Positions 1 to 8,941 are shown, numbered from the stretch's first letter. The stretch is DNA of 64,000 nt from Armatimonadota bacterium (GCA_016235455.1 JACRKZ010000021.1:14537-78536), one strand, 5' to 3'. Program-made: numbers and translations. Notes: generated by a model from the sequence alone, not told the origin.

Positions 1-683
1 ACGACGACGACGCGGAGGAACTGGCAGACCGGCGCGGGGTGGAAGGCTTCAACCAGACCTACCACGCCATGTTCGTGCTGGCCGACCCGCCGCTGGTGGC
101 CGAGGCGCTGGCGCGCGGCCGCGGCACGGCCACGCGTTCCGAGGTGCTGGGCACCGCCCAGGACGTCACCGCCGAGCACCTGCTGGTCTACCGCATCGGT
201 GGCCACGCCTGGACCGGTGTGGTGGACTGTTCCGCCGCCGAGCGGGCGCTGGGTGTGGCCGAGGCCAAGGCCCTGTCGGCCGAGCTGGCCACGCGCGCCA
301 TCCTGCATTTTGTCGACCCCGCCGTAGAGGCCATCGCCTTCGAGCTGTGGGAAGAGGGTGAGCTGGTCGAGCAGTTCGGTTTCGGGCTGCACGAAGCGGC
401 GCCCGGCCCGTTCGCCGGCACGCACGGCCACGGTCTGGCCGCCGAATGCGGCATCGCCCCCGGCCAGCCCGGCCTGAGCTTCGCCTCGGCGCTGCGCGAT
501 GTCGACCCCGACAGCATCAACGACCCGTATGCGTTCGTCGACCACTGCTTCCGCATCCAGGACTGCTACGACCCGAGCTGGACGTTCGAGGAACTGCTGT
601 CGCTGGTCACCGGCGACCCGATCGACCCGGCCGACGTGCCCATCGATCCGGCCGATGTGGAGGCGCTGCTGATCGTCGAGTAG
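1..683 (+). CDS. Hypothetical protein, 5'-truncated by the window edge
   Basis: The frame is open from position 3 (DDDAEELADRRGVEG...), so the track start at 39 is not necessarily the real start. Codon usage is typical high-GC3 and the C-terminus is acidic. No family recognised. Confidence 0.7.
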   Translation, partial: DDDAEELADRRGVEGFNQTYHAMFVLADPPLVAEALARGRGTATRSEVLGTAQDVTAEHLLVYRIGGHAWTGVVDCSAAERALGVAEAKALSAELATRAILHFVDPAVEAIAFELWEEGELVEQFGFGLHEAAPGPFAGTHGHGLAAECGIAPGQPGLSFASALRDVDPDSINDPYAFVDHCFRIQDCYDPSWTFEELLSLVTGDPIDPADVPIDPADVEALLIVE

Positions 684-698
684 CGGCTGGCGTGTTCA

Positions 699-743
699 AC
701 CGCAAGAGGCGCAGAGGCACGCGTTCCTTGCGCCTCTTGCGGT
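699..743. repeat. 15-bp perfect inverted repeat (REP-like or bidirectional terminator)
   Basis: accgcaagaggcgca (699-713) pairs with tgcgcctcttgcggt (729-743); it lies between convergent genes. Confidence 0.8.
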
Positions 744-788
744 CCAGGGCCTGCCCGGACGGCGGCCGCCACGGAAGGCCTAGGAGCC

Positions 789-1079
789 TTACTCCGGCAT
801 GGGATCGGCGAAGTTGCGCGCGCGCACCAGCGTACGGTCGACCACGTCGTATTCCGCTTCGACGATGACATCGCGCCAGTCGATGGCCAGGTCGCGGCGG
901 ATGACGCGCAGGCGGTCGAGGCTGCCGCGCGCCGACCAGGCCGCGCAGCGCAGCAGCCGGTCGCCCACCGGCTCGCCGCGCTCGTCGACCGCGGATTCGA
1001 GCAGGGCCGTGGCCTCGGCCAGGTCGGCTGGCGCGAAGGTGTCGGCCAACCAGCGGGTCACGTCGGGTGGGAAGGGCAT
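789..1079 (-). CDS. Small hypothetical protein (about 96 aa) downstream of higA
   Basis: GGAG RBS before the ATG at 1079; protein MPFPPDVTRW...DWRDVIVEAEYD...RNFADPMPE; good codon bias. Confidence 0.7.
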   Translation of the reverse strand: MPFPPDVTRWLADTFAPADLAEATALLESAVDERGEPVGDRLLRCAAWSARGSLDRLRVIRRDLAIDWRDVIVEAEYDVVDRTLVRARNFADPMPE

Positions 1080-1095
1080 GGTGCGCTCCATTCCC

Positions 1096-1401
1096 TCAGG
1101 CAGCTACGCCGGGCCACGGCCTGATGCGGGCCAACTCGTCCGCCAGAAGCCGCGATGCCACCTCGATATCGTGCGCGGCTTGCGCGCGTAGCCAGTAGCC
1201 GTCGGACAAGCCGAAGAAGCGACAGAGTCGCAGGTCAGTATCGGCGGTAATGCTCCGGCGACCGGCGACGATCTCGCCGATGCGCTGCGGCGGAACACCC
1301 GTCTCCTTGGCCAGCCGGTACCGCGTGATGCCCATCGGCACCAGAAACTCCTCCATCAGCAACGCGCCCGGAGTGATCGGATCCAAATGCTCAACCATCA
1401 T
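1096..1401 (-). CDS. higA: HigA family antitoxin (XRE HTH)
   Basis: PITPGALLMEEFLVPMGITRYRLAKETGVPPQRIGEIVAGRRSITADTDLRLCRFFGLSDGYWLRAQ is a classic HigA; it follows the toxin gene. Confidence 0.92.
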   Translation of the reverse strand: MMVEHLDPITPGALLMEEFLVPMGITRYRLAKETGVPPQRIGEIVAGRRSITADTDLRLCRFFGLSDGYWLRAQAAHDIEVASRLLADELARIRPWPGVAA

Positions 1402-1440
1402 TCCATCCCGCTGTCGGCCACCCATGGCCACACCGGCAGC

Positions 1441-1719
1441 CTAGTGGTAGTCAACGATCTCCACCTCGGCCGCACCAGCCTCCGTCCACCGAAAACACAC
1501 GCGGTACTGGTCGTTGATGCGGACGCTATGCTGCCCAGCCCGGTCGCCCTTGAGCGCCTCCAGTCGGTTGCCCGGAGGCACGCGCAAGTCGTCCAGCCGA
1601 CCGGCGACCTGCAACTGGCGCAACTTGAGGCGCGCCGCGCGCTCAAACGACGTGAACCGCGCCACGCGTCGCCCTCCGGCCAGCGCCTCCGTGTCCGCAT
1701 CCCGGTAGGAGACCACCAT
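1441..1719 (-). CDS. higB: HigB family toxin (RelE/ParE superfamily mRNA interferase)
   Basis: DLRVPPGNRLEALKGDRAGQHSVRINDQYRVCFRW...VEIVDYH signature; toxin-first gene order. Confidence 0.93.
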   Translation of the reverse strand: MVVSYRDADTEALAGGRRVARFTSFERAARLKLRQLQVAGRLDDLRVPPGNRLEALKGDRAGQHSVRINDQYRVCFRWTEAGAAEVEIVDYH

Positions 1720-1724
1720 GACCC

Positions 1725-1754
1725 ATTAATGACGTCGCGCGTGCATAACGTCAA
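1725..1754 (-). promoter_or_regulatory. higBA promoter with overlapping palindromic operator
   Basis: The minus strand reads TTGACG ... CATTAAT, 5 nt before the higB ATG. The inverted repeat TGACGT (1730-1735) N12 ACGTCA (1748-1753) spans the promoter. Confidence 0.6.
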
Positions 1755-1824
1755 GCGTCAATAAGGAGTCGTGGCTGACGTGACGCCGCGGTGATGTGCT
1801 ACCATCCCCACCACGGAGACCGCC

Positions 1825-2847
1825 ATGCTACGGATCGGCGTCGTGGGCGCGGGCTGGTTCGCTTCGCGCCGCCATCTGCCCGACTTGGCCGCGCATCCCG
1901 AGGTTGAGTTGGCCGCGCTCTGCCGCCGCTCGCCCGAGCCGTTGGCCAGGCTCGCGAAGCACTTTGGCGTGCGCGAGACCTACACCGACCTCGACACCAT
2001 GCTCGACCAGGCCCGGCTGGACGCGGTGGTCATCTGTTCGCCGCACAACCTGCACCATCCGCAGGCCAAGGCGTGCCTGGCCGCCGGCTGCCATGTGCTC
2101 ATGGAGAAGCCGCTGGCGCTGACCGGCGCCGAGGCGCGCGATCTCGTGGCGCAGGCCGCGTCTGCCGGCCGCATCCTGGAGGTGGCCTACAACCCGCCCT
2201 ACTGGAAGCACGCCCGCTGGCTCAGAGAACGGGTGCAAGCCGGCGACATGGGCGCTGTCGAGACGGTCGACCTGCGCTGGAGCGGCAACGCGCTGGCGCT
2301 GTTTGGTGACGAGCCGCTGCCGGATTCGATGCCTGGGCTGGTGCAGCCGACACTCTATCGCGGCGACGCCGTGGCCAACGGCGGCGGACATCTGGCCGAT
2401 GCCGGCTGCCATCCCGTGGCCGAGGTGCTGTTCGTCACCGGCGAGCAGCCCGTGTCGCTGAACGCCGAGGTGGACCGCCTGCCCGACGACCGGCGCTACG
2501 GCGTGTCCATGGTGTTGTCTGGCGGCGGCTATGCGGCCATCGGCTCCGTGGCCGACAGCCCACGCACCGACCGCGTCAACATGGGCCTGTGGAGCGGCAG
2601 CCGCGCCAGCGCGCTGGTGGTCGGCCGGCCCGGTCCGTTCGACGTGCTGTGGATGCCCAGCGACGGCGAGCCGCGCTGGATCCGCGATGCCGAGCTGCCC
2701 GCTGCGCCGCAGCCAGTGGGCAGTTTCGTCGACGCCATCCTGGGCCGCGGCGAGCCGCAATGCCCGGCCAGCGTCGCCACCGCCTACGTGGATGTCATCG
2801 AAGCGGCCTACCAGAGCGCGGCCAGTGGCCTGCGTATGACGTTCTGA
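1825..2847 (+). CDS. Gfo/Idh/MocA family oxidoreductase
   Basis: RIGVVGAGWFA Rossmann motif, HVLMEKPLA motif, GGGHLADAGCH. Confidence 0.9.
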   Translation: MLRIGVVGAGWFASRRHLPDLAAHPEVELAALCRRSPEPLARLAKHFGVRETYTDLDTMLDQARLDAVVICSPHNLHHPQAKACLAAGCHVLMEKPLALTGAEARDLVAQAASAGRILEVAYNPPYWKHARWLRERVQAGDMGAVETVDLRWSGNALALFGDEPLPDSMPGLVQPTLYRGDAVANGGGHLADAGCHPVAEVLFVTGEQPVSLNAEVDRLPDDRRYGVSMVLSGGGYAAIGSVADSPRTDRVNMGLWSGSRASALVVGRPGPFDVLWMPSDGEPRWIRDAELPAAPQPVGSFVDAILGRGEPQCPASVATAYVDVIEAAYQSAASGLRMTF

Positions 2848-2850
2848 ACC

Positions 2851-2878
2851 TTGACCAACCCGCCACGGACGTCATACT
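2851..2878 (+). promoter_or_regulatory. Putative sigma70 promoter of the ccm/hem operon
   Basis: TTGACC-N16-CATACT about 20 nt upstream of the ccmC ATG. Confidence 0.5.
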
Positions 2879-2897
2879 GAGCGAAGGTAATCGGACC

Positions 2898-3569
2898 ATG
2901 CGATCCACTTGGAAACTGATCCTGGGCGCGGGCATGCTGGCCGTCGGCGCGGTGCTGGGCCTGACCGTCGCCATGGACACCCAAGCCCTACCCAACCCTT
3001 GGCTGCGCGAGGCGTACCGCGTGGTCTTCTTCCACATGCCATTTGCCTTCGCGGGCACCGTCTACTTCATGGTCGGGGCAGCCCACGCGGGGCGCTACCT
3101 GGTCACGCGCAACCTGCGCGCCGACCGCGCGGCGCTGGGCTCGGCCGAGTTGGGGCTCATCCTGCTGGGACTGGCCACGGTGACCGGCATGATCTTCGCC
3201 CGCTGCCAGTGGGGCATGTGGTGGAACTGGGACCCGCGCGAGACCTCGGTGTTCTTCGTGCTGCTCATCTACGCCGCCTACCTCATGCTGCGCCAGGCGC
3301 TGCCGCAGGACGAGGCACTGCGCGCGCGGGTCAGCGCGGCCTACCTGCTGCTGGCCGTGGCGCCGATGATCTGGCTGGTGGCCATCTTCCCGCGTACCGC
3401 GGCCCAGGTCAGCACCAGCCTGCACCCGGTGCGGCCACCGCTTGGGCCCGCGCAGTGGCGCATCATCTTCTGGGACTTCGCCGGCCTGCTCATCCTCGGC
3501 GCCTGGCTGCGTGACCTGCAGAACAAGGTGACCGAGAAGCAGTTTGCCCTGTGGGAGAGCGGTCGATGA
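2898..3569 (+). CDS. ccmC: Cytochrome c maturation heme-handling protein CcmC
   Basis: WWD domain WGMWWNWDPRETS, flanking His residues (FFHMP, SLHP), multiple TM segments; start at ATG 2898. Confidence 0.88.
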   Translation: MRSTWKLILGAGMLAVGAVLGLTVAMDTQALPNPWLREAYRVVFFHMPFAFAGTVYFMVGAAHAGRYLVTRNLRADRAALGSAELGLILLGLATVTGMIFARCQWGMWWNWDPRETSVFFVLLIYAAYLMLRQALPQDEALRARVSAAYLLLAVAPMIWLVAIFPRTAAQVSTSLHPVRPPLGPAQWRIIFWDFAGLLILGAWLRDLQNKVTEKQFALWESGR

Positions 3570-3724
3570 ACAGCGGAACCTACGTGGCCCTGGGCGCCTG
3601 CCTGCTGGGCTGGGCCAGCCTGGGTGTGTATGCGTCCATGCTCATCAGCCGCGCCCGGCAACTGCCCTCGCCGGAGGAGCACGCGCCGGACGACGCACCG
3701 ACAGTGACCGTACGCGACGCCTGA
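3566..3724 (+). CDS. ccmD: CcmD-like small membrane protein (52 aa; absent from the ORF track)
   Basis: ATGA overlap with the ccmC stop; MNSGTYVALGACLLGWASLGVYASMLISRARQLPSPEEH... has one TM helix and a charged tail; it sits between ccmC and ccmE. Confidence 0.72.
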   Translation: MNSGTYVALGACLLGWASLGVYASMLISRARQLPSPEEHAPDDAPTVTVRDA

Positions 3725-3759
3725 GCACTGCCCGCAGTGCAGGCTCCGAGGAGATACCC

Positions 3760-4164
3760 GTGGAGGGACAGCGCAAGAAGTTCGTGCTCGGCTTGGTGTT
3801 CATCGTGCTCCTGGCCTTGGTGGCCATCAAGGGCATGAGTGGCTCCATGGCCGCCTACCAGAACAGCTATGAGACCGTGAAGAGTCAGCCGGGCCGCGTC
3901 TTCCAGGTGCCCGGCGTGGTGGATAAGTCGGTGGCCGAGCAGGTCGACCGCCAGGCCGGCTCCTTCCAGTTCACCATGCGCGACGTGGAGACACGGGCGC
4001 AGAGCATGGTCGTGCGCTCAAAGCGCATCAAGCCCGGCAACTTCGACACGGCGACCCAGGTGGTCTGCATCGGGCGCTACAAGGACGGCGTCTTCGAGGC
4101 CGACAACATCCTGGTCAAATGCCCCTCCAAGGAGCAGGAGAAGCTCAAGGCCGCCGGCGGCTAG
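3760..4164 (+). CDS. ccmE: Heme chaperone CcmE (Cys-type variant, CPSKE)
   Basis: GAGGAG RBS and GTG at 3760; N-terminal TM anchor; KPGNF...QVVCIGRYKDGVFEADNILVKCPSK. Confidence 0.85.
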   Translation: MEGQRKKFVLGLVFIVLLALVAIKGMSGSMAAYQNSYETVKSQPGRVFQVPGVVDKSVAEQVDRQAGSFQFTMRDVETRAQSMVVRSKRIKPGNFDTATQVVCIGRYKDGVFEADNILVKCPSKEQEKLKAAGG

Positions 4165-4199
4165 CGCTCCGTGCTGGTCCGCGACCCTAACGAGGCACC

Positions 4200-4847
4200 A
4201 TGTCCGAGTCCCGTCTGCCCGTGGCGCTGGAACTGCGAGGCCGCCGCGTCGTGGTCATCGGCGGCGGTCAGGTGGCGCGGCGCAAGGTGCTGAGCCTGCT
4301 CGACGCCGAAGCCGTGGTCACAGTCGTGGCGCCACGACTGTGCGCGGAGCTGGCCGAGCTCGTGGCCGCCGGTCGCATCGGCCAACACGCGCGCGGCTAT
4401 GCCGAAGGCGACCTGGCCGACGCTTGGCTGGCCTTTGCGGCCACGGACGACCAGGCCATCAACCAGGCCGTCGCCGCCGAGGCGGAGGTCCGGCGCATCT
4501 GGTGCAACTGCGCCGCGCCACCCGAAGCCGGCAACTGCCACGTACTGGCGGCGGTGCGGCGCGAGGGCGTCACCGTGGCGCTGGGCACCGACGGCGCCAG
4601 CCCGTTCGCCGCGCGCCGCCTGCGCGAACGCGTGGAACAGGTCATCAGCCCCGAGGTGGCCCAACTGGTGAGCCTGCTGGGCGAGCTGCGCAGCGAGGTG
4701 CAAGCCCGCGTGGCCACGGAATCGGCACGGCGCGCCTGCTATGAGACAATGTGGGACAGCGCGGCGCTCGACCGGCTGGCGGCCGGAGACCCCGACGGGG
4801 CGCGTGCGGTGCTACAGGCCATTCTGGATGAGGCGGCGAACGGGTGA
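4200..4847 (+). CDS. sirC: Precorrin-2 dehydrogenase / sirohydrochlorin ferrochelatase (SirC/Met8, CysG N-terminal type)
   Basis: LPVALELRGRRVVVIGGGQVARRK, AATDDQAINQAV, ALGTDGASP. Confidence 0.88.
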   Translation: MSESRLPVALELRGRRVVVIGGGQVARRKVLSLLDAEAVVTVVAPRLCAELAELVAAGRIGQHARGYAEGDLADAWLAFAATDDQAINQAVAAEAEVRRIWCNCAAPPEAGNCHVLAAVRREGVTVALGTDGASPFAARRLRERVEQVISPEVAQLVSLLGELRSEVQARVATESARRACYETMWDSAALDRLAAGDPDGARAVLQAILDEAANG

Positions 4848-6157
4848 ACAACGAGCTCCACATCGTGGCGGCAGGCCTCAACCACCGCACCGCACCCATC
4901 GAGGTGCGGGAGCAGGTGGCTTTCGGCAACGGACGCTTGGAGGCCGCGCTGATCCAGATCACCGACCAGCCCGCGCTGGGCGAAGCGGTGATCCTGTCGA
5001 CCTGCAATCGCGCCGAGCTGTACGCGGCCGCGTCCAGCGCGCCAGAGGCACTCGATGCGCTGGCGCGCTTCCTCAGCGAGTTCCACGGCGTGGAGCAGGC
5101 AGCGGTCTCGCCTCACCTGTACCGCTACGAGGACGAGGAGGCGGTGCGGCACCTGTTCACCGTGGCCGTCGGGCTCGACTCCATGGTGCTGGGTGAAGGG
5201 CAGATCCTGGCCCAAGTGAAGCAGGCGCTGCTCTCGGCCAGCGAGGCCGGTTCGGCGCGCACCTGCCTGCAGGAGCTGTTTCAGCGCGCACTCAGCCTGG
5301 GCAAGCGGGCCCGTACCGAAACTGCCATCGCCCGCGGCGCGGTGTCCATCAGTTCCGCCGCGGTGGACCTGGCCAAGACCACCTTCGGCGACCTCAAGGG
5401 CCGCGAGGTGCTGGTCGTGGGCGCGGGCGAGATGAGCCGGCAGACGCTCACCCACCTGGTGGACAGCGGCGTCAAGTCGGTCATCGTCGCCAATCGCACC
5501 TTCGAGAACGCCGACGAGCTGGCCGGCGAGTTCGGCGGCAGCGCCATCCGTTTCGACGAGTTCCCCCAGCATCTCGACCGCGCCGACATCATCGTCTCGT
5601 CCAGCTCGGCGCCGCACGCCATCATCACCGTGGAGAAGCTGCGACCCCACCTGGCCACGCGGCGTGGCCGGCCCTTGTTCATCGTCGACATCGCCGTGCC
5701 ACGCGACGTCGAGCCGGCGGTGGCCGACCTCGAGGATGTCTACCTGTTCGATATCGACGACCTGCAGACCGTCTGCGACCGCTATCGCGCCGAACGCGCC
5801 AAGGAGGCCGAGGCGGTGGCGGTGATGGTCGATGAGGAGACGCGGCGGTTCGAGCACTGGCTGGGCAGCCGGGCCGTGACGCCGCTCCTGGTCGAACTGC
5901 GCACGCGCACCGAAGCGCTGCGCGATACCGAACTTGAGCGCTGGATGCGGCGTCTGCCCAATCTGGAGCCCGAAGAGCGTGAGTTGGTGGGTCAGATGAT
6001 GCGCAGCTTCGCCAACAAGCTGCTGCACGGCCCGACCACGCACCTGCGCGCCATGGCGGGCCGAGAGCAAGGGGCCGAGTGGGTGCCCTTCGTGCGGTCG
6101 CTCTTTGAGCTGCACGAGCACATCGACGCTCAGAGCGACGAGGAGGACGTACGATGA
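4844..6157 (+). CDS. hemA: Glutamyl-tRNA reductase
   Basis: GLNHRTAPIEVRE, LSTCNRAE (catalytic Cys), GLDSMVLGEGQILAQVK, GAGEM, DIAVPRDV. Confidence 0.97.
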   Translation: MNNELHIVAAGLNHRTAPIEVREQVAFGNGRLEAALIQITDQPALGEAVILSTCNRAELYAAASSAPEALDALARFLSEFHGVEQAAVSPHLYRYEDEEAVRHLFTVAVGLDSMVLGEGQILAQVKQALLSASEAGSARTCLQELFQRALSLGKRARTETAIARGAVSISSAAVDLAKTTFGDLKGREVLVVGAGEMSRQTLTHLVDSGVKSVIVANRTFENADELAGEFGGSAIRFDEFPQHLDRADIIVSSSSAPHAIITVEKLRPHLATRRGRPLFIVDIAVPRDVEPAVADLEDVYLFDIDDLQTVCDRYRAERAKEAEAVAVMVDEETRRFEHWLGSRAVTPLLVELRTRTEALRDTELERWMRRLPNLEPEERELVGQMMRSFANKLLHGPTTHLRAMAGREQGAEWVPFVRSLFELHEHIDAQSDEEDVR

Positions 6158-6984
6158 CCGCGCTGTGCGTGCTGGCTGAGACGGTGGCGCTGTTGGGCCT
6201 GTTGGCCGCGGCGGTCACGTTCCCACTACGGCTGCTGCGGCCGGACCGCGACTACACGCGCTGGGGGCAGCGCGGCATGTTGCTGGGAGCCGGGTTGCTG
6301 GGCATGGGGCTCATGGCGCATTTCGTGCGCCGCGGCGAGGGTCCGCTCGGTGATTGGGCCAACATCTCGTTCCTGCTCGTGCTGCTGCTGGCGCTGGCGG
6401 TGCTGTGCGTGGAACGGTTCGCCAAACGGCCCGCCCTGGCCGCGTTCATCACGCCGCTCATGTTCGGCACCGCGTTGCTGGGTCTGTTGCGCGCGGCCAA
6501 GGCGCTGCCCGCCATCAGCAACCACTGGCTGGTCGTGCACATCCTGCTGTCACTGGTGGCCTATGTCTGCTTCACACTGGCTTTTGCCATGGCCGCCTCG
6601 TACCTGATCTCCGACCACCTGCTCAAGCGCAAGCAGCTCGAACGGCTGCCGCTGCTGCCGCCATTGGCCTCGGCCGACCGTGTCGGGCATGGCGCGGTGA
6701 TGGTCGGGCTGGCATTGTTCACCATCGGCCTGCTGGTCGGCGCGCTGACCTTTTGGGACTTCGGCGTGGGTATGGATCCCAAGATCCCGGCGGCTATGGT
6801 GACCTGGCTGATCTACGCTGGCTACCTGGGCCTGCGCCACCTCGCCGGCTGGCGCGGCCGGCGGCTGCAGTGGGTGCTCGTGGCCGGGTTCGCCATGGTG
6901 GTCATCACCTTTGCCTTCTTCGGGCACAATGCCGTGCGGCTCAAGGCGCCCGACGCGGCTCCGGTGACGACCGAGCGGGCCTAG
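6154..6984 (+). CDS. CcsA/HemX-like cytochrome c assembly family membrane protein
   Basis: About 8 TM segments; WLVVHI and DPKIPAAMVTWLIYAGYL...GWRGRR; coupled to hemA as with hemX. Confidence 0.8.
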   Translation: MTALCVLAETVALLGLLAAAVTFPLRLLRPDRDYTRWGQRGMLLGAGLLGMGLMAHFVRRGEGPLGDWANISFLLVLLLALAVLCVERFAKRPALAAFITPLMFGTALLGLLRAAKALPAISNHWLVVHILLSLVAYVCFTLAFAMAASYLISDHLLKRKQLERLPLLPPLASADRVGHGAVMVGLALFTIGLLVGALTFWDFGVGMDPKIPAAMVTWLIYAGYLGLRHLAGWRGRRLQWVLVAGFAMVVITFAFFGHNAVRLKAPDAAPVTTERA

Positions 6985-8729
6985 CCAGGCCCGCGCAGGT
7001 AGCACTCCGTCGACTGCCCCCAGTGCTCGCCGTTGACCACCACGTCGAAGGTGACCATAAGCACACCGCTCAGGTGCGCGCAGTCGACCGGCCAGGTCAA
7101 GCGCGTCTGCTCGCCAGGCGCGATGGTCACGGTCTGGGTGACGCCGCGGATGCCCACCGGCGTCACCGTCAGCGCCATCGGCCCGTCACTGGGGTTGCGA
7201 CAGATCAGCGCCACCTCGCGCGCCGTGGCGGCCGGCTGCACATACGGTCGCGCCTCGATCAGGTGCGGGTTGTGGTGCCGACCCAGAGCGTCGTCGGGCG
7301 ACAGATCGGCCAGTAGGGCCTCTGCCTCGTAGCTCCACGCCACCACTTCCTCGAAGTCCTCGCGCCGGAACGGATACGGCTGGCGATGGCTGGCCAGAAT
7401 CCAGTCGGGCGCCAGCGACAGCACCAGCTCGGCCGAGCGCCGCCAGAGTCGCGGCTGCCCGCCATTGAAGGCGCTCAGGCCGCCCGTACCACCCCATTGC
7501 TGCGCGGGATAGAAGTTGTCGCCCGCGAACAGCGCGCGGTGGCCATCGATGATCAGGCTGTAAGCGGCATGCAGATCCGTCTGCGCCGGGAACCAGTAGG
7601 GCGTCAGTTCATACTCGCGCCAGCGCACGGGCACGGCCTCGGCCAGCGGGCGGTCGACCTTCGTCGGGCTGTCGTGCATCCACGGCCGCGCAAAGGCGTA
7701 GGGCTGCTCGATCACGTCGAGCAGCGACTCATGCGCCCAGCATGCCAGCGGGTGCGCAGCGCGCAGCGGTTCGATGCCCATGACGTGGTCGCAGTGGGCA
7801 TGGCTCACCAGCACCACCTCGATGGGCTGCTCACCGAACACCTCGCGGTAGCCAGCCTGCCAGCGCTCGGGGCTCACGTCGGCATCCACAAGCAGCACCG
7901 GCCCGTCGTCGCTGCGCAGGAAGTAGCTGTTGTCGCACAGCCACAGGTGGTCCGAGACCTGCACAAACTGGCCGGGCCGCGAGCGCACCAGCCGCCGGAC
8001 GGCAGGCCGGCCGGCTAGGTTGGTATCGCGCAGGTCAGCCAGTCGGTACAACCGGGCAATGGTCACCGTGAGCGCACAGTCGACCTCGCGGCAGGTCACC
8101 GGGCCGTGGCTCGGACAGAGCCAGTCGGCCCGCAGGTTGCGCAGCGCGCAGAGCGTGTCGGCGGCCAGACGCGTGCCCGCGCCGGTGTAGTGGTCGTTCT
8201 CCAGGTGGTAGCCTTCGTGCACGCAGCCCAGCGAGTGGATGGCATCGCCGCACAGCAACGCGATGCCGGCCGGCCCTTCGGCCAGGATGGCGATCTGGTG
8301 GTCGCAATGGCCGGGCGCGGCCACGATGGCCAGATCGAACGGGCCGAAGGCCACCTCGCGGCCGGGACTCAGGTCGTACACCGCGCCCGGAATGGGCGGC
8401 GAGATGCGGAACGGCCACGGATAGCGGATGTGGCAGGGCGACGGCAGCGCGTAGTCGAGCCGCTGGGCGCGATCGAGGTGCGCCGCGGCGGCCGGCGCGA
8501 AGTGCAGGGGGATGCCGGCGGCCTGTGCCCAGCCCTGGCATTGGTCGGCATGGGCGTGGGTGAACCAGACCGCCTCCACCGTCTCGACGCCGATGTCGGG
8601 CAAACGGGCCAATCCGGCACCGCTGCCCAGGTCGATGAGCAGCGCGCGCGTGCCGTCAACGAGCGCGTAGACGTTGACACAGTCCTCAAACCGCCACAGG
8701 CCCTCGGCGATGGGTTGCCACGCGCGCAC
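6981..8729 (-). CDS. Tandem metallo-beta-lactamase-fold hydrolase
   Basis: Two MBL repeats: THAHADQ...PGHC...GDA...PSHG and SHAHCDH...FAGD...ASH. Confidence 0.8.
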   Translation of the reverse strand: MRAWQPIAEGLWRFEDCVNVYALVDGTRALLIDLGSGAGLARLPDIGVETVEAVWFTHAHADQCQGWAQAAGIPLHFAPAAAAHLDRAQRLDYALPSPCHIRYPWPFRISPPIPGAVYDLSPGREVAFGPFDLAIVAAPGHCDHQIAILAEGPAGIALLCGDAIHSLGCVHEGYHLENDHYTGAGTRLAADTLCALRNLRADWLCPSHGPVTCREVDCALTVTIARLYRLADLRDTNLAGRPAVRRLVRSRPGQFVQVSDHLWLCDNSYFLRSDDGPVLLVDADVSPERWQAGYREVFGEQPIEVVLVSHAHCDHVMGIEPLRAAHPLACWAHESLLDVIEQPYAFARPWMHDSPTKVDRPLAEAVPVRWREYELTPYWFPAQTDLHAAYSLIIDGHRALFAGDNFYPAQQWGGTGGLSAFNGGQPRLWRRSAELVLSLAPDWILASHRQPYPFRREDFEEVVAWSYEAEALLADLSPDDALGRHHNPHLIEARPYVQPAATAREVALICRNPSDGPMALTVTPVGIRGVTQTVTIAPGEQTRLTWPVDCAHLSGVLMVTFDVVVNGEHWGQSTECYLRGPG

Positions 8730-8737
8730 GGTTCACC

Positions 8738-8941
8738 TCAGATCGGCTTGACGATGGTCGCCTTGGGTCCCTTGGCGCCGGGCTCAGCTTCATAGGCCAC
8801 GCGCTGGCCCTCGAGCAGCGTGCGGTAGCCGCCGGTCTGAATGACCGAGTGGTGCACGAACACGTCGGGGCCGCCGTCATCGGCCTGGATGAAGCCGAAG
8901 CCCTTCTCTTCGCTGAACCACTTCACGATGCCCTCGGCCAC
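8738..8941 (-). CDS. Cold-shock protein
   Basis: [15 protein letters not shown] (RNP1) and DVFVHHS (RNP2); AGGAG RBS. Confidence 0.97.
   Translation of the reverse strand: MAEGIVKWFSEEKGFGFIQADDGGPDVFVHHSVIQTGGYRTLLEGQRVAYEAEPGAKGPKATIVKPI

Noticed and set aside
789-1719. TA locus as part of a prophage or genomic island
   Set aside because: No integrase, att-flanking tRNA or phage genes are visible in the window.
6154-6984. A complete System II cytochrome c synthase coexisting with System I
   Set aside because: The WWD motif is degenerate and no ccsB/resB is present; the hemA-coupled position fits HemX.
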